Shown piece by piece: positions 18,447 to 26,666 of a DNA stretch of 64,000 nt. The position numbers and the translations under genes were made by a program. The notes under the pieces were generated by a model. It saw nothing but the letters and a program-made list of their open reading frames with translations. It made no database searches and was not told the origin of the DNA. The stretch is taken from NCBI GenBank assembly GCA_045595725.1, contig JAZOAY010000007.1, forward strand, positions 595 through 64,594, in the 5' to 3' direction. The stretch comes from Acutalibacteraceae bacterium (GTDB lineage Bacteria > Bacillota > Clostridia > Oscillospirales > Acutalibacteraceae). Position 1 is the first letter of the stretch. The number at the start of each line of letters is the position of its first letter.

Positions 18447-19409
18447 TTGTACGAGCAGATAATTAATGTGGACAGAATGGAACAGGCGGTAAGTCTGTTC
18501 GGTAGTTTTGATGAAAATATTAAAATGATTGAAAATGAATTTTCAGTTGCCGTTGTAAGCCGCGGAAGTGAACTTAAAGTTACGGGAGAAGCCGAGAATG
18601 TTTCAAAGGCGTCAAAGGCTATTAACGGATTGCTGACTCTCATCAACAAAGGAGAAACCTTGTCTGAGCAGAACATCAGATATGTTATTTCCCTTGTAGG
18701 AGAGGGGAATGAGGACAAGCTTGAAAGCATGTCTTCCGATTGCATCTGCATTTCTGCAAAAGGAAAACCCATTAAACCCAAAACCCTTGGTCAGAAAAGA
18801 TATACACAGGCAATCCGCGACAACACAATTGTTTTCGGTGTAGGTCCTGCAGGTACAGGTAAAACTTATCTTGCTGTTGCAATGGCGGTTACCGCTTTCA
18901 GACAGAAGCAGATAAACAGGATTATTCTGACTCGTCCTGCTGTTGAAGCAGGTGAAAAACTGGGCTTTCTTCCCGGCGACCTTCAACAGAAAGTTGATCC
19001 TTATCTCAGACCTCTTTATGATGCTCTTTTTGACATGCTTGGTGCTGAGAGTTTCCAGAAGTATCAGGAAAGAGGAGCCATTGAGGTTGCTCCACTTGCA
19101 TATATGCGAGGAAGAACACTTGATGACAGCTTTATAATTCTTGACGAAGCGCAGAATACAACAAGGGAACAGATGAAAATGTTCCTTACACGTTTGGGAT
19201 TTAATTCTAAAATGGTAATTACCGGTGACGTGACTCAGGTTGACCTGCCTGACGGAAAAAAATCAGGTCTGGTTGAAGTTATTAAAATTCTTAAAAATAT
19301 TGACGATATTGATACTGTACGTTTCAGTGAAAAGGATGTTGTGAGACACAGACTTGTTCAGGACATCGTAAAAGCCTATGAAAGAAGCGAACAGAGAGGT
19401 AACAATTGA
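18447..19409 (+). CDS. phoH: PhoH-family ATPase
   Basis: Walker A GPAGTGKTYLAV and Walker B FIILDEAQN; TTG start. Confidence 0.9.
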   Translation: MYEQIINVDRMEQAVSLFGSFDENIKMIENEFSVAVVSRGSELKVTGEAENVSKASKAINGLLTLINKGETLSEQNIRYVISLVGEGNEDKLESMSSDCICISAKGKPIKPKTLGQKRYTQAIRDNTIVFGVGPAGTGKTYLAVAMAVTAFRQKQINRIILTRPAVEAGEKLGFLPGDLQQKVDPYLRPLYDALFDMLGAESFQKYQERGAIEVAPLAYMRGRTLDDSFIILDEAQNTTREQMKMFLTRLGFNSKMVITGDVTQVDLPDGKKSGLVEVIKILKNIDDIDTVRFSEKDVVRHRLVQDIVKAYERSEQRGNN

Positions 19410-19422
19410 GGGAGTGTAGAAA

Positions 19423-19935
19423 ATGAAAGAAAGAGGAAAGGTAAAAGTTATAATCAGCAACGACCAGAAGGTGCATAAAATTCCGACAGGTATTCATCTT
19501 CTTGTAAGACAGTGCTGTATTGCTGTGCTTACAATGGAAAATCTTCTGTCACCTGCTGAGATAAGCGTAAGATTTGTTGACAATGAAGAAATTCATAAAC
19601 TCAACAAACAGTACAGAGATGTGGACCGTCCGACAGATGTTTTGTCTTTCCCGTTGGGAATTGACGGCGTTTATGATATAAATAATGATACAGGTGCGCA
19701 GATGCTTGGAGACATTGTAATTTCCCTTGAAAAGGCAATGGAACAGGCAGAGGCTTACGGCCATTCTCTCAGACGTGAAGTGGCTTTCCTCACAGTTCAT
19801 TCAATGCTACATCTTCTCGGTTATGACCATGAAAACGGTGGTATTGAAGCCGTACATATGAGAGAGAAAGAAGAAACAGTTCTTACTCAGCTGGGACTTA
19901 AGAGAAACGGCAGTTACTATATGGGTGACGAATAA
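19423..19935 (+). CDS. ybeY: rRNA maturation RNase YbeY
   Basis: HSMLHLLGYDH zinc motif. Confidence 0.9.
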   Translation: MKERGKVKVIISNDQKVHKIPTGIHLLVRQCCIAVLTMENLLSPAEISVRFVDNEEIHKLNKQYRDVDRPTDVLSFPLGIDGVYDINNDTGAQMLGDIVISLEKAMEQAEAYGHSLRREVAFLTVHSMLHLLGYDHENGGIEAVHMREKEETVLTQLGLKRNGSYYMGDE

Positions 19936-20409
19936 ATGAAAGGTTTGCTCAGAAGTTTTGTGTATGCGGGAAACGGCATAATATGGTGTCTTAAAAACGA
20001 AAGAAACATGAGAGCACATTTTTCTCTTTGTGTTTACATGTATGCATATCTCCTTGTTTATGATTTCTTTGTTCTGACAAAAACAGAGTGGGCAATAATT
20101 CTTCTTTGCAATGCTCTTGTTTTTTCTTTGGAAATTGTAAATACGGCGGTTGAAAAAGCCGTTGACCTCGCAATACAGACGAAAAATCCTCTTGCAAAAA
20201 TTTCAAAAGATGCTGCAGCAGGAGCGGTCCTTGTTTCTGCAATATTTTCAGTAATAGTGGGTATTATAATTCTTTTTCAGCCCGAAGCATTCAAAGCAAT
20301 GGCAGAATATTACAAGGAAAGAATTTATCTTTTGGTGATTCTTGCAATAAGTCTTTTTCTTACCTTTGTCTTTATTATAAAAGGAATACCTTGCGGTAAA
20401 AAGAAATAA
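19936..20409 (+). CDS. dgkA: diacylglycerol/undecaprenol kinase family protein
   Basis: ERNMRAHF and EIVNTAVEKAVD motifs, 3-4 TM. Confidence 0.85.
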   Translation: MKGLLRSFVYAGNGIIWCLKNERNMRAHFSLCVYMYAYLLVYDFFVLTKTEWAIILLCNALVFSLEIVNTAVEKAVDLAIQTKNPLAKISKDAAAGAVLVSAIFSVIVGIIILFQPEAFKAMAEYYKERIYLLVILAISLFLTFVFIIKGIPCGKKK

Positions 20410-20417
20410 TAAAATTC

Positions 20418-20445
20418 AGCCGTATTTTTATATACGGCTTTTTTC
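20418..20445 (+). terminator. hairpin plus T-run between dgkA and era
   Basis: AGCCGTAT...ATACGGCT followed by TTTTTT. Confidence 0.55.
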
Positions 20446-20457
20446 AGGAGTAAAATT

Positions 20458-21354
20458 ATGAATACTAAAACAGCATTTATTGCAATTGTAGGTTGTCCCA
20501 ATGTAGGAAAATCTTCAATACTTAACAAAATGATAGGGCAGAAAATTGCCATTGTATCAAATAAACCTCAGACAACAAGAACAAAGATTGTAGGTGTTCT
20601 GACAGAGGGTGAAACCCAGCTTGTGTTTACAGATACCCCCGGTTTCCACAGACCCCACAACAAACTTGGCGAAAAAATGGTAAAGGCAGTCAGCGACAGT
20701 ATTTCAGGAGTTGATGCATGCCTTTTTGTTATTGAGCCTAAAGGTGAACTCCGTCAGGCGGAAACTGAACTTATTGAGAAGTTTAAAAAAGAAAAAATGC
20801 CTGTTATCCTTGCTATAAATAAAGTCGATACTCTTGCAGATAAAACAGAGCTTATGTCAAGAATCATGGAAATGTCAAAGCTTTACGATTTCACATCAAT
20901 TGTGCCTGTTTCTGCACAGAATGGTGCAAACATCAAAGAGCTTGTAGATGAATTGAAAGGACTTGCTTTTGAGTCAATTCACTTTTTCCCCGAGGATACT
21001 CTCACCGACCAGCCTGAGAGAGTTATTGCTGCGGAAATTATCAGAGAAAAAATTCTCAGAAGAATGAATAAAGAAGTTCCTCACGGTATTGCCGTCAGCG
21101 TGGAAAAAATGAGAGAAAGAGATAATTCCGACCTGCTTGATGTTGAAGCAATTATTTATTGTGAAAAAGAAAGTCATAAGGGAATGGTTATCGGTAAAAA
21201 AGGTGAAACTCTTAAAACTATTTCCACAAGAGCAAGAGAAGACATGGAGAAATTTTTTGACTGCCGTATAAATCTTCAGTGTTGGGTAAAAGTCAAAGAA
21301 GACTGGCGAAACAGAGAAGGGTTAATTCATAACTTCGGACTTGATAACGAGTAA
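20458..21354 (+). CDS. era: GTPase Era
   Basis: GCPNVGKSS, DTPG and NKVD motifs with a C-terminal KH domain. Confidence 0.93.
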   Translation: MNTKTAFIAIVGCPNVGKSSILNKMIGQKIAIVSNKPQTTRTKIVGVLTEGETQLVFTDTPGFHRPHNKLGEKMVKAVSDSISGVDACLFVIEPKGELRQAETELIEKFKKEKMPVILAINKVDTLADKTELMSRIMEMSKLYDFTSIVPVSAQNGANIKELVDELKGLAFESIHFFPEDTLTDQPERVIAAEIIREKILRRMNKEVPHGIAVSVEKMRERDNSDLLDVEAIIYCEKESHKGMVIGKKGETLKTISTRAREDMEKFFDCRINLQCWVKVKEDWRNREGLIHNFGLDNE

Positions 21355-21519
21355 AATCGGCAATAATGCACCATCTTGTCACATTCTTGCTGATTTTAGA
21401 AAACAGAGGTATAACGCACCAACCTGTCCCTTTTTTATCGTTTGGAATATATAACTTTAAAAATTTTCCAAGATTAAATTTCCTTTTTCTGCAGAAATTA
21501 TTTGCAGGAGGGGATACGG

Positions 21520-21702
21520 ATGAAAAACGGAGACACATTGTGGAACAAGTTTGTTCTCAGCGGAAAAGTTGATGACTATTTAACTTATTGTGAAAATAAA
21601 AAGAGAGAGGAAAAAGCCTGTGATGATAAACACGGACGGTCTGATAATCAGAGAAAAAAGTTCGGGCGAACAGAACAGAACGGTAACGGTTCTTACACGT
21701 GA
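21520..21702 (+). CDS. yqzL: YqzL-family small protein
   Basis: AGGAGGGG RBS. MKNGDTLWNKFVLSGKVDDYLTYCENKK... matches the YqzL W..F..TG....YL pattern. It holds the conserved slot between era and recO. The 3' end overlaps recO. Confidence 0.6.
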   Translation: MKNGDTLWNKFVLSGKVDDYLTYCENKKREEKACDDKHGRSDNQRKKFGRTEQNGNGSYT

Positions 21703-22348
21703 ATACGGTATTATCAGGGCGTATGTTTACGGGGCTAAAAAGATCGGCTCACGAACAGGCTCCGCTACTCAGCTTTTTGCTTTTTCTGATTTCGGAATTG
21801 CTGAAAAGCGAGGCTCTTACATAATTGAAGCAGCAAAACCGAAAGAAGTATTTTTTAATCTGAGAAACGATGTAAAGAAAATTGCACTTGCTCAGTATTT
21901 TGCAGAGCTTTGTGAAACTCTTGCACCTGAAAAAGAAAACACAGAAGAATACCTGAAACTTATTCTTAATTCTCTTATGCTACTGATGAATGAGAAGCGG
22001 GATGAGAAACTTATAAAATCAGTTTTTGAGCTGTCAATTCTTTCTCTGGGCGGTTACATGCCCAATATTATTGCCTGTGATAAATGCGGAAAATATGAAG
22101 ATGAAAACATGTTTTTTGACACAACAAACGGCAACATTTTTTGTGAGGGTTGCGGAAATTTCGGAATGAAAGTTCCCATGAGTGTGATTTCTGCAGTAAG
22201 ATACATTGTTCTCAGCGACAGACAGAAAATTTTTAATTTTAATCTTAACGAGTCAAGCTTTGAAACTCTTTCGCAGTTGACGGAAAAATATACTTTGTCA
22301 ATGCTTCAGAGAAAATTCAAAACACTTGATTTTTACCATTTATTATGA
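21623..22348 (+). CDS. recO: DNA repair protein RecO
   Basis: MINTDGLIIREKSSGEQNRTVTVLTREYG N-terminal OB-fold pattern and a C-terminal CxxC...CxxC zinc motif. The start could instead be the GTG at 21620. Confidence 0.88.
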   Translation: MINTDGLIIREKSSGEQNRTVTVLTREYGIIRAYVYGAKKIGSRTGSATQLFAFSDFGIAEKRGSYIIEAAKPKEVFFNLRNDVKKIALAQYFAELCETLAPEKENTEEYLKLILNSLMLLMNEKRDEKLIKSVFELSILSLGGYMPNIIACDKCGKYEDENMFFDTTNGNIFCEGCGNFGMKVPMSVISAVRYIVLSDRQKIFNFNLNESSFETLSQLTEKYTLSMLQRKFKTLDFYHLL

Positions 22349-22363
22349 AAGGAAGGGTGTTAA

Positions 22364-24757
22364 ATGAGTTTCAGACAAAGAGATTTGAATGCCCTTGAAT
22401 TGCCTAAAGTTCTTGAAATGCTTGCAGACCATACTGCATGCCCTGATGCCAGAGAAACTGCACTCTCTCTTAAACCGGAAACATCTCTTGAAATGGCACA
22501 GTCATTGCTTAACCAGACGAAAGATGCACACATGCTTCTTGCACGTTTCGGAGGTCCTGCTTTCGGGGGACTTAAAAATGTAAATAATGCACTCAGTCGC
22601 GCAGATGCAGGCAGTGTTCTTAGTATGAAAGAACTTCTTGATATTGCATCTGTACTTCATGTTATCCGTTCAATTGTAACATGGAGGAGCACCAACTCAG
22701 GCGTTGAAACTTTACTTGATGTTTTCTTTGATGCACTCAGTCCCAATAAATTTCTTGAAGATGCAATTACAAATGCAATTGTTTCTGAGGAGGAAATGAG
22801 CGACAATGCATCGCCTCTTCTTCAGACAATCAGAAGAAAAATAAGAAATCAGGAATCAAATATCAGGGAAAAACTGGACAAACTTATCCGTTCATCGTGC
22901 AATCAGAAATATCTGCAGGAAAATATTATTACAATGCGAAACGGCAGATTTGTTGTTCCTGTTAAAAATGAGTACAGAAGCGAAATTTCAGGTCTTGTAC
23001 ACGATACATCTTCTTCCGGTGCAACGGTGTTCATTGAACCTGCGGCAGTAGTTGAAGCAAACAACGAAATTAAAGTTCTTCAGGCTCAGGAACGTGACGA
23101 AATAGAAAGAATTCTTGCGGAACTTTCAGCTCAATGCGGTGAGTTTGCAAATTCAATTAAAAACAGTTATGAATGTGCAATTGAACTGAATGTTATTTTT
23201 GCCAAAGCTCAGCTTGCTTACAGAATGAACGCATCTGTTCCTATGCTCAATGACGAAGGAATTATTGAACTTAATAATGCACGTCATCCCCTTATTTCAA
23301 AGGACAAGGTTGTTCCGGTCAATATAAGGCTCGGTGAAGATTTTGATACTCTTGTTATTACAGGTCCGAATACCGGCGGTAAGACGGTTTCGATAAAAAC
23401 CCTGGGGCTTATGTCACTTATGGCAATGTGCGGACTTATGCTTCCTGTTTCTGACAGAAGCCGAGTTTCTGTTTTTGACAGTGTTCTTGCTGATATAGGT
23501 GACGAACAGAGCATCGAACAGTCACTTTCCACATTCAGCTCACACATGACGAACATAATTGAAATTCTCAAAATCGCAGATGACAGAAGCCTTGTTCTCA
23601 TTGACGAACTCGGTGCAGGTACAGACCCCATTGAAGGTGCGGCACTTGCAACTTCAATTCTTGAAACACTTCATTTGAAAGGTGCAAAGATTGGTGCCAC
23701 AACTCACTATGCAGAACTTAAATCTTATGCAGTTGACACCGCAAGAGTTGAAAACGGTTCATGTGAATTTGATGTTCAGTCTCTGAGACCTACTTATAAA
23801 CTTCTTATTGGTGTTCCGGGCAAATCAAATGCATTTGCTATTTCTGAAAGATTGGGAATGTCTTCTGAAGTTGTAGAAAGAGCACGCAAGTTGGTAGATA
23901 CTGAAAGCACGCGCTTTGAAGATGTTTATGACAAACTCGAAGCAACACGCAAAGCAATGGAAGAAGAACGTGAAAAAGCATCACGTGTTCTTGCTGATGC
24001 AGAGAGAATGAAAGCCGAGGCAATAAAACAAAAAGAAGAAATTTCATCTTTACGTGAAAAAGAAATTGAAAAAGCACGTAACGAAGCAGTTAAAATCGTT
24101 GACGGTGCAAGACGAGAGTCCTATGCTCTCCTTAATGAACTTGATAAACTGAAAAAAGAACAGAAAAAAGTTAAGGATGCAGCCGACCTGGCCCGTCGTG
24201 CACGTTCTGCTGTCAAAAAGGGTATGGAAGCCCTTGACAGTGCAGCAGATCCCGTTATGAACCTTGCAGAGGATGAAGATTATGTTCTTCCCAGAGAATT
24301 GAAAATCGGGGATAATGTTATAATCGCAAGTCTTGCAAAGCAGGCGGAAGTAACATCGCTTCCCGATAAAAAAGGTGAAGTGGGAGTTGTTGCAGGTGCA
24401 ATAAAAACACGTGTTCATGTTTCTGATTTAAGACTTGTTGAAAAACAGGTGCAAAAGAAACAACCTGTCAAGAGAAACAACAGTTCAAATTTTGAAGCGA
24501 GAAGTACTGCAAAGGCGGAAACTAAAGTCGACCTGAGAGGTATGACTGCTGACGAAGCCATTATGACTCTCGACAGGTATATAGACACGGCTTACCGTCT
24601 TGGTATTTCAGAGTTTACCGTTGTTCACGGTAAAGGAACAGGAGTACTGAGAAGTGCTGTTCAGCAGTATCTTAAAGGTAATTCTTTTATCAAAAACTAT
24701 CGTCTCGGTGTTTATGGTGAGGGAGAGACAGGAGTTACAATTGTTCAGCTGAAATAA
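22364..24757 (+). CDS. mutS2: endonuclease MutS2
   Basis: Walker A GPNTGGKT, a long coiled-coil and a C-terminal Smr domain (DLRGMTADEA...VVHGKGTGVLR). Confidence 0.93.
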   Translation: MSFRQRDLNALELPKVLEMLADHTACPDARETALSLKPETSLEMAQSLLNQTKDAHMLLARFGGPAFGGLKNVNNALSRADAGSVLSMKELLDIASVLHVIRSIVTWRSTNSGVETLLDVFFDALSPNKFLEDAITNAIVSEEEMSDNASPLLQTIRRKIRNQESNIREKLDKLIRSSCNQKYLQENIITMRNGRFVVPVKNEYRSEISGLVHDTSSSGATVFIEPAAVVEANNEIKVLQAQERDEIERILAELSAQCGEFANSIKNSYECAIELNVIFAKAQLAYRMNASVPMLNDEGIIELNNARHPLISKDKVVPVNIRLGEDFDTLVITGPNTGGKTVSIKTLGLMSLMAMCGLMLPVSDRSRVSVFDSVLADIGDEQSIEQSLSTFSSHMTNIIEILKIADDRSLVLIDELGAGTDPIEGAALATSILETLHLKGAKIGATTHYAELKSYAVDTARVENGSCEFDVQSLRPTYKLLIGVPGKSNAFAISERLGMSSEVVERARKLVDTESTRFEDVYDKLEATRKAMEEEREKASRVLADAERMKAEAIKQKEEISSLREKEIEKARNEAVKIVDGARRESYALLNELDKLKKEQKKVKDAADLARRARSAVKKGMEALDSAADPVMNLAEDEDYVLPRELKIGDNVIIASLAKQAEVTSLPDKKGEVGVVAGAIKTRVHVSDLRLVEKQVQKKQPVKRNNSSNFEARSTAKAETKVDLRGMTADEAIMTLDRYIDTAYRLGISEFTVVHGKGTGVLRSAVQQYLKGNSFIKNYRLGVYGEGETGVTIVQLK

Positions 24758-24853
24758 TGGGTTGATTGCAGAATTGTTAATAAAATTTTAACATTGACGA
24801 AATTGTAATTAATTGGTATAATATAAAAAATGACTTTTCAGGAGGTAAAAAAT

Positions 24854-26209
24854 ATGGCTGAAAAAAGAAGTAGCTTTACCGGTAAAATCGGCTTTGTTCT
24901 TGCTGCAGCAGGCTCAGCGGTAGGTCTCGGTAACATCTGGAGATTCCCTTATCTCGCAGCAAAATACGGCGGAGGAATTTTCCTGCTTGTTTATGTGGTA
25001 CTTGCAGTTACATTCGGTTTTGCTCTTATGTGTGCTGAAATTGCAATCGGCAGAAAAACAGGACAGAGTGCAATCGGTGCATATAAACAGCTTGACAAAA
25101 GATTTTCATTTATAGGTTGGCTGGGAGCTATTGTTCCTGTTATAATCCTTCCTTATTATTCAGTAATCGGCGGTTGGGTTTCAAAATATCTGTGGGTTTT
25201 TGCTACAGGCGGTGCGGCAGATGCTGCAAAGGACGGATATTTTGATACATTTATTACACAGCCTGTTGAACCTATAGGTTGGTTCCTTCTTTTCCTTGGT
25301 CTTACTGCACTTGTTGTTCTTTTTGGTGTGGAAAAGGGTGTTGAGAAAGTAAGTAAGGTTATGATGCCTATACTTGTTGTGCTTACAATTTTTGTGGCAA
25401 TTTATTCAATGACTCTTCCCGGTGCAATGGAAGGTGTAAAATATTATTTCACTCCCAATATCAAAGACCTTTCAGTCAATACATTTCTTGCAGCAATGGG
25501 ACAGCTTTTCTATTCAATGTCACTTGCAATGGGCATAATGATTACATACGGTTCTTACATGAAGAAAGATGTAAGCATTGAAAAATCAGTAAGACAGATT
25601 GAACTTTTTGACACAGGTATTGCCTTCATGGCAGGTCTTATGGTTATTCCTGCTGTTTTTGCTTTCTCAGGCGGAGATAAGGCTGCTCTCGGCAAAGGCC
25701 CCGGTCTCATGTTCGTTACTCTTCCCAAAGTTTTTGAAGCAATGAAGGGCGGTACAATCGTAGGTATTGTTTTCTTTGTTCTTGTTCTTTTTGCTGCACT
25801 TACATCCTCAATTTCTCTTATGGAAACTGTTGTTTCAATTGTCAGAGATAAGCTTGGTTGGGGAAGAAAAGTTACATGTCTGGTTGTTTTCGTCGGATGT
25901 ATTATTCTCGGCGTACCTTCAGCGTTGGGCTATGGTTCATGGGCAGATATCACAGTGTTCGGTATGGCATTCCTTGATTTCTTCGATTTCATCAGTAACA
26001 GTATTATCATGCCGATTGTTGCTCTTCTTACTTGTATCTTTATCGGATATGTGCTCAAACCTAAGGCTCTTATTGAAGAAATGGAAATCGGCGGTAAATT
26101 TGGAGCAAAGAAACTGTTTACTGTTGTAATTAAATATATAGCACCTATTTTCATTGTGCTTATTCTTGTTTCTTCAGTTCTTGATGTTCTCGGAATTGTG
26201 AAAATCTAA
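24854..26209 (+). CDS. sodium-dependent transporter, SNF (neurotransmitter:sodium symporter) family
   Basis: GLGNIWRFPYLAAKYGGG motif, about 11-12 TM. AGGAGG RBS before the ATG at 24854. Confidence 0.88.
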   Translation: MAEKRSSFTGKIGFVLAAAGSAVGLGNIWRFPYLAAKYGGGIFLLVYVVLAVTFGFALMCAEIAIGRKTGQSAIGAYKQLDKRFSFIGWLGAIVPVIILPYYSVIGGWVSKYLWVFATGGAADAAKDGYFDTFITQPVEPIGWFLLFLGLTALVVLFGVEKGVEKVSKVMMPILVVLTIFVAIYSMTLPGAMEGVKYYFTPNIKDLSVNTFLAAMGQLFYSMSLAMGIMITYGSYMKKDVSIEKSVRQIELFDTGIAFMAGLMVIPAVFAFSGGDKAALGKGPGLMFVTLPKVFEAMKGGTIVGIVFFVLVLFAALTSSISLMETVVSIVRDKLGWGRKVTCLVVFVGCIILGVPSALGYGSWADITVFGMAFLDFFDFISNSIIMPIVALLTCIFIGYVLKPKALIEEMEIGGKFGAKKLFTVVIKYIAPIFIVLILVSSVLDVLGIVKI

Positions 26210-26216
26210 AAAGTTA

Positions 26217-26260
26217 CTCTGCCTTGTCGATACTCTGAAACGGCAAGGCAGAGTTTTTGT
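26217..26260 (+). terminator. intrinsic terminator after the SNF transporter
   Basis: CTCTGCCTTG...CAAGGCAGAG followed by TTTTTGTGTTTTTTT. Confidence 0.8.
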
Positions 26261-26279
26261 GTTTTTTTACAAAAAACAC

Positions 26280-26297
26280 AGTTAGTCAACACTAACT
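26280..26297. promoter_or_regulatory. upstream operator-like palindrome AGTTAGT-N4-ACTAACT
   Basis: AGTTAGTCAACACTAACT. It shares half-sites with the 26376 palindrome. Confidence 0.45.
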
Positions 26298-26340
26298 CAA
26301 AGACAAAAACGACAAAAATGAAAAAACAGTTGGAAATTTA

Positions 26341-26369
26341 TTGACTTTTCAATTGTTTTTTATTATTAT
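26341..26369 (+). promoter_or_regulatory. feoAB promoter (TTGACT, 17 nt spacer, TATTAT)
   Basis: TTGACT at 26341-26346 and TATTAT at 26364-26369. Confidence 0.55.
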
Positions 26370-26375
26370 ATATAT

Positions 26376-26393
26376 AGTTAGTTATAACTAACT
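26376..26393. promoter_or_regulatory. perfect 18-bp palindrome at the predicted feoAB transcription start (metalloregulator operator candidate)
   Basis: AGTTAGTTATAACTAACT, immediately downstream of the -10 element. Confidence 0.55.
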
Positions 26394-26422
26394 CGCAAAA
26401 AATACATCCGGGGGGATGAAAA

Positions 26423-26647
26423 ATGAGAAGTTTAAGAGATGTAAAAATCGGCTCTACTGCCAAAGTTATCAAACTTCACGGTGAAGGTGCAATAAAACGA
26501 CGTATTATGGATATGGGAATTACAAAAGGTGTGGAAATTTATGTACGCAAAGCAGCACCGCTCGGAGACCCTATTGAAGTGATGGTAAGAGGTTATGAGC
26601 TTTCTCTGAGAAAAGCAGATGCCGAAATGATAGAAATTGAAGATTGA
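26423..26647 (+). CDS. feoA: ferrous iron transport protein A (FeoA)
   Basis: 74 aa, SH3-like FeoA pattern (KVIKLHGEG...RRIMDMGITKG...). Confidence 0.9.
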   Translation: MRSLRDVKIGSTAKVIKLHGEGAIKRRIMDMGITKGVEIYVRKAAPLGDPIEVMVRGYELSLRKADAEMIEIED

Positions 26648-26666
26648 TTTCAGAAAGGAAATTCAG

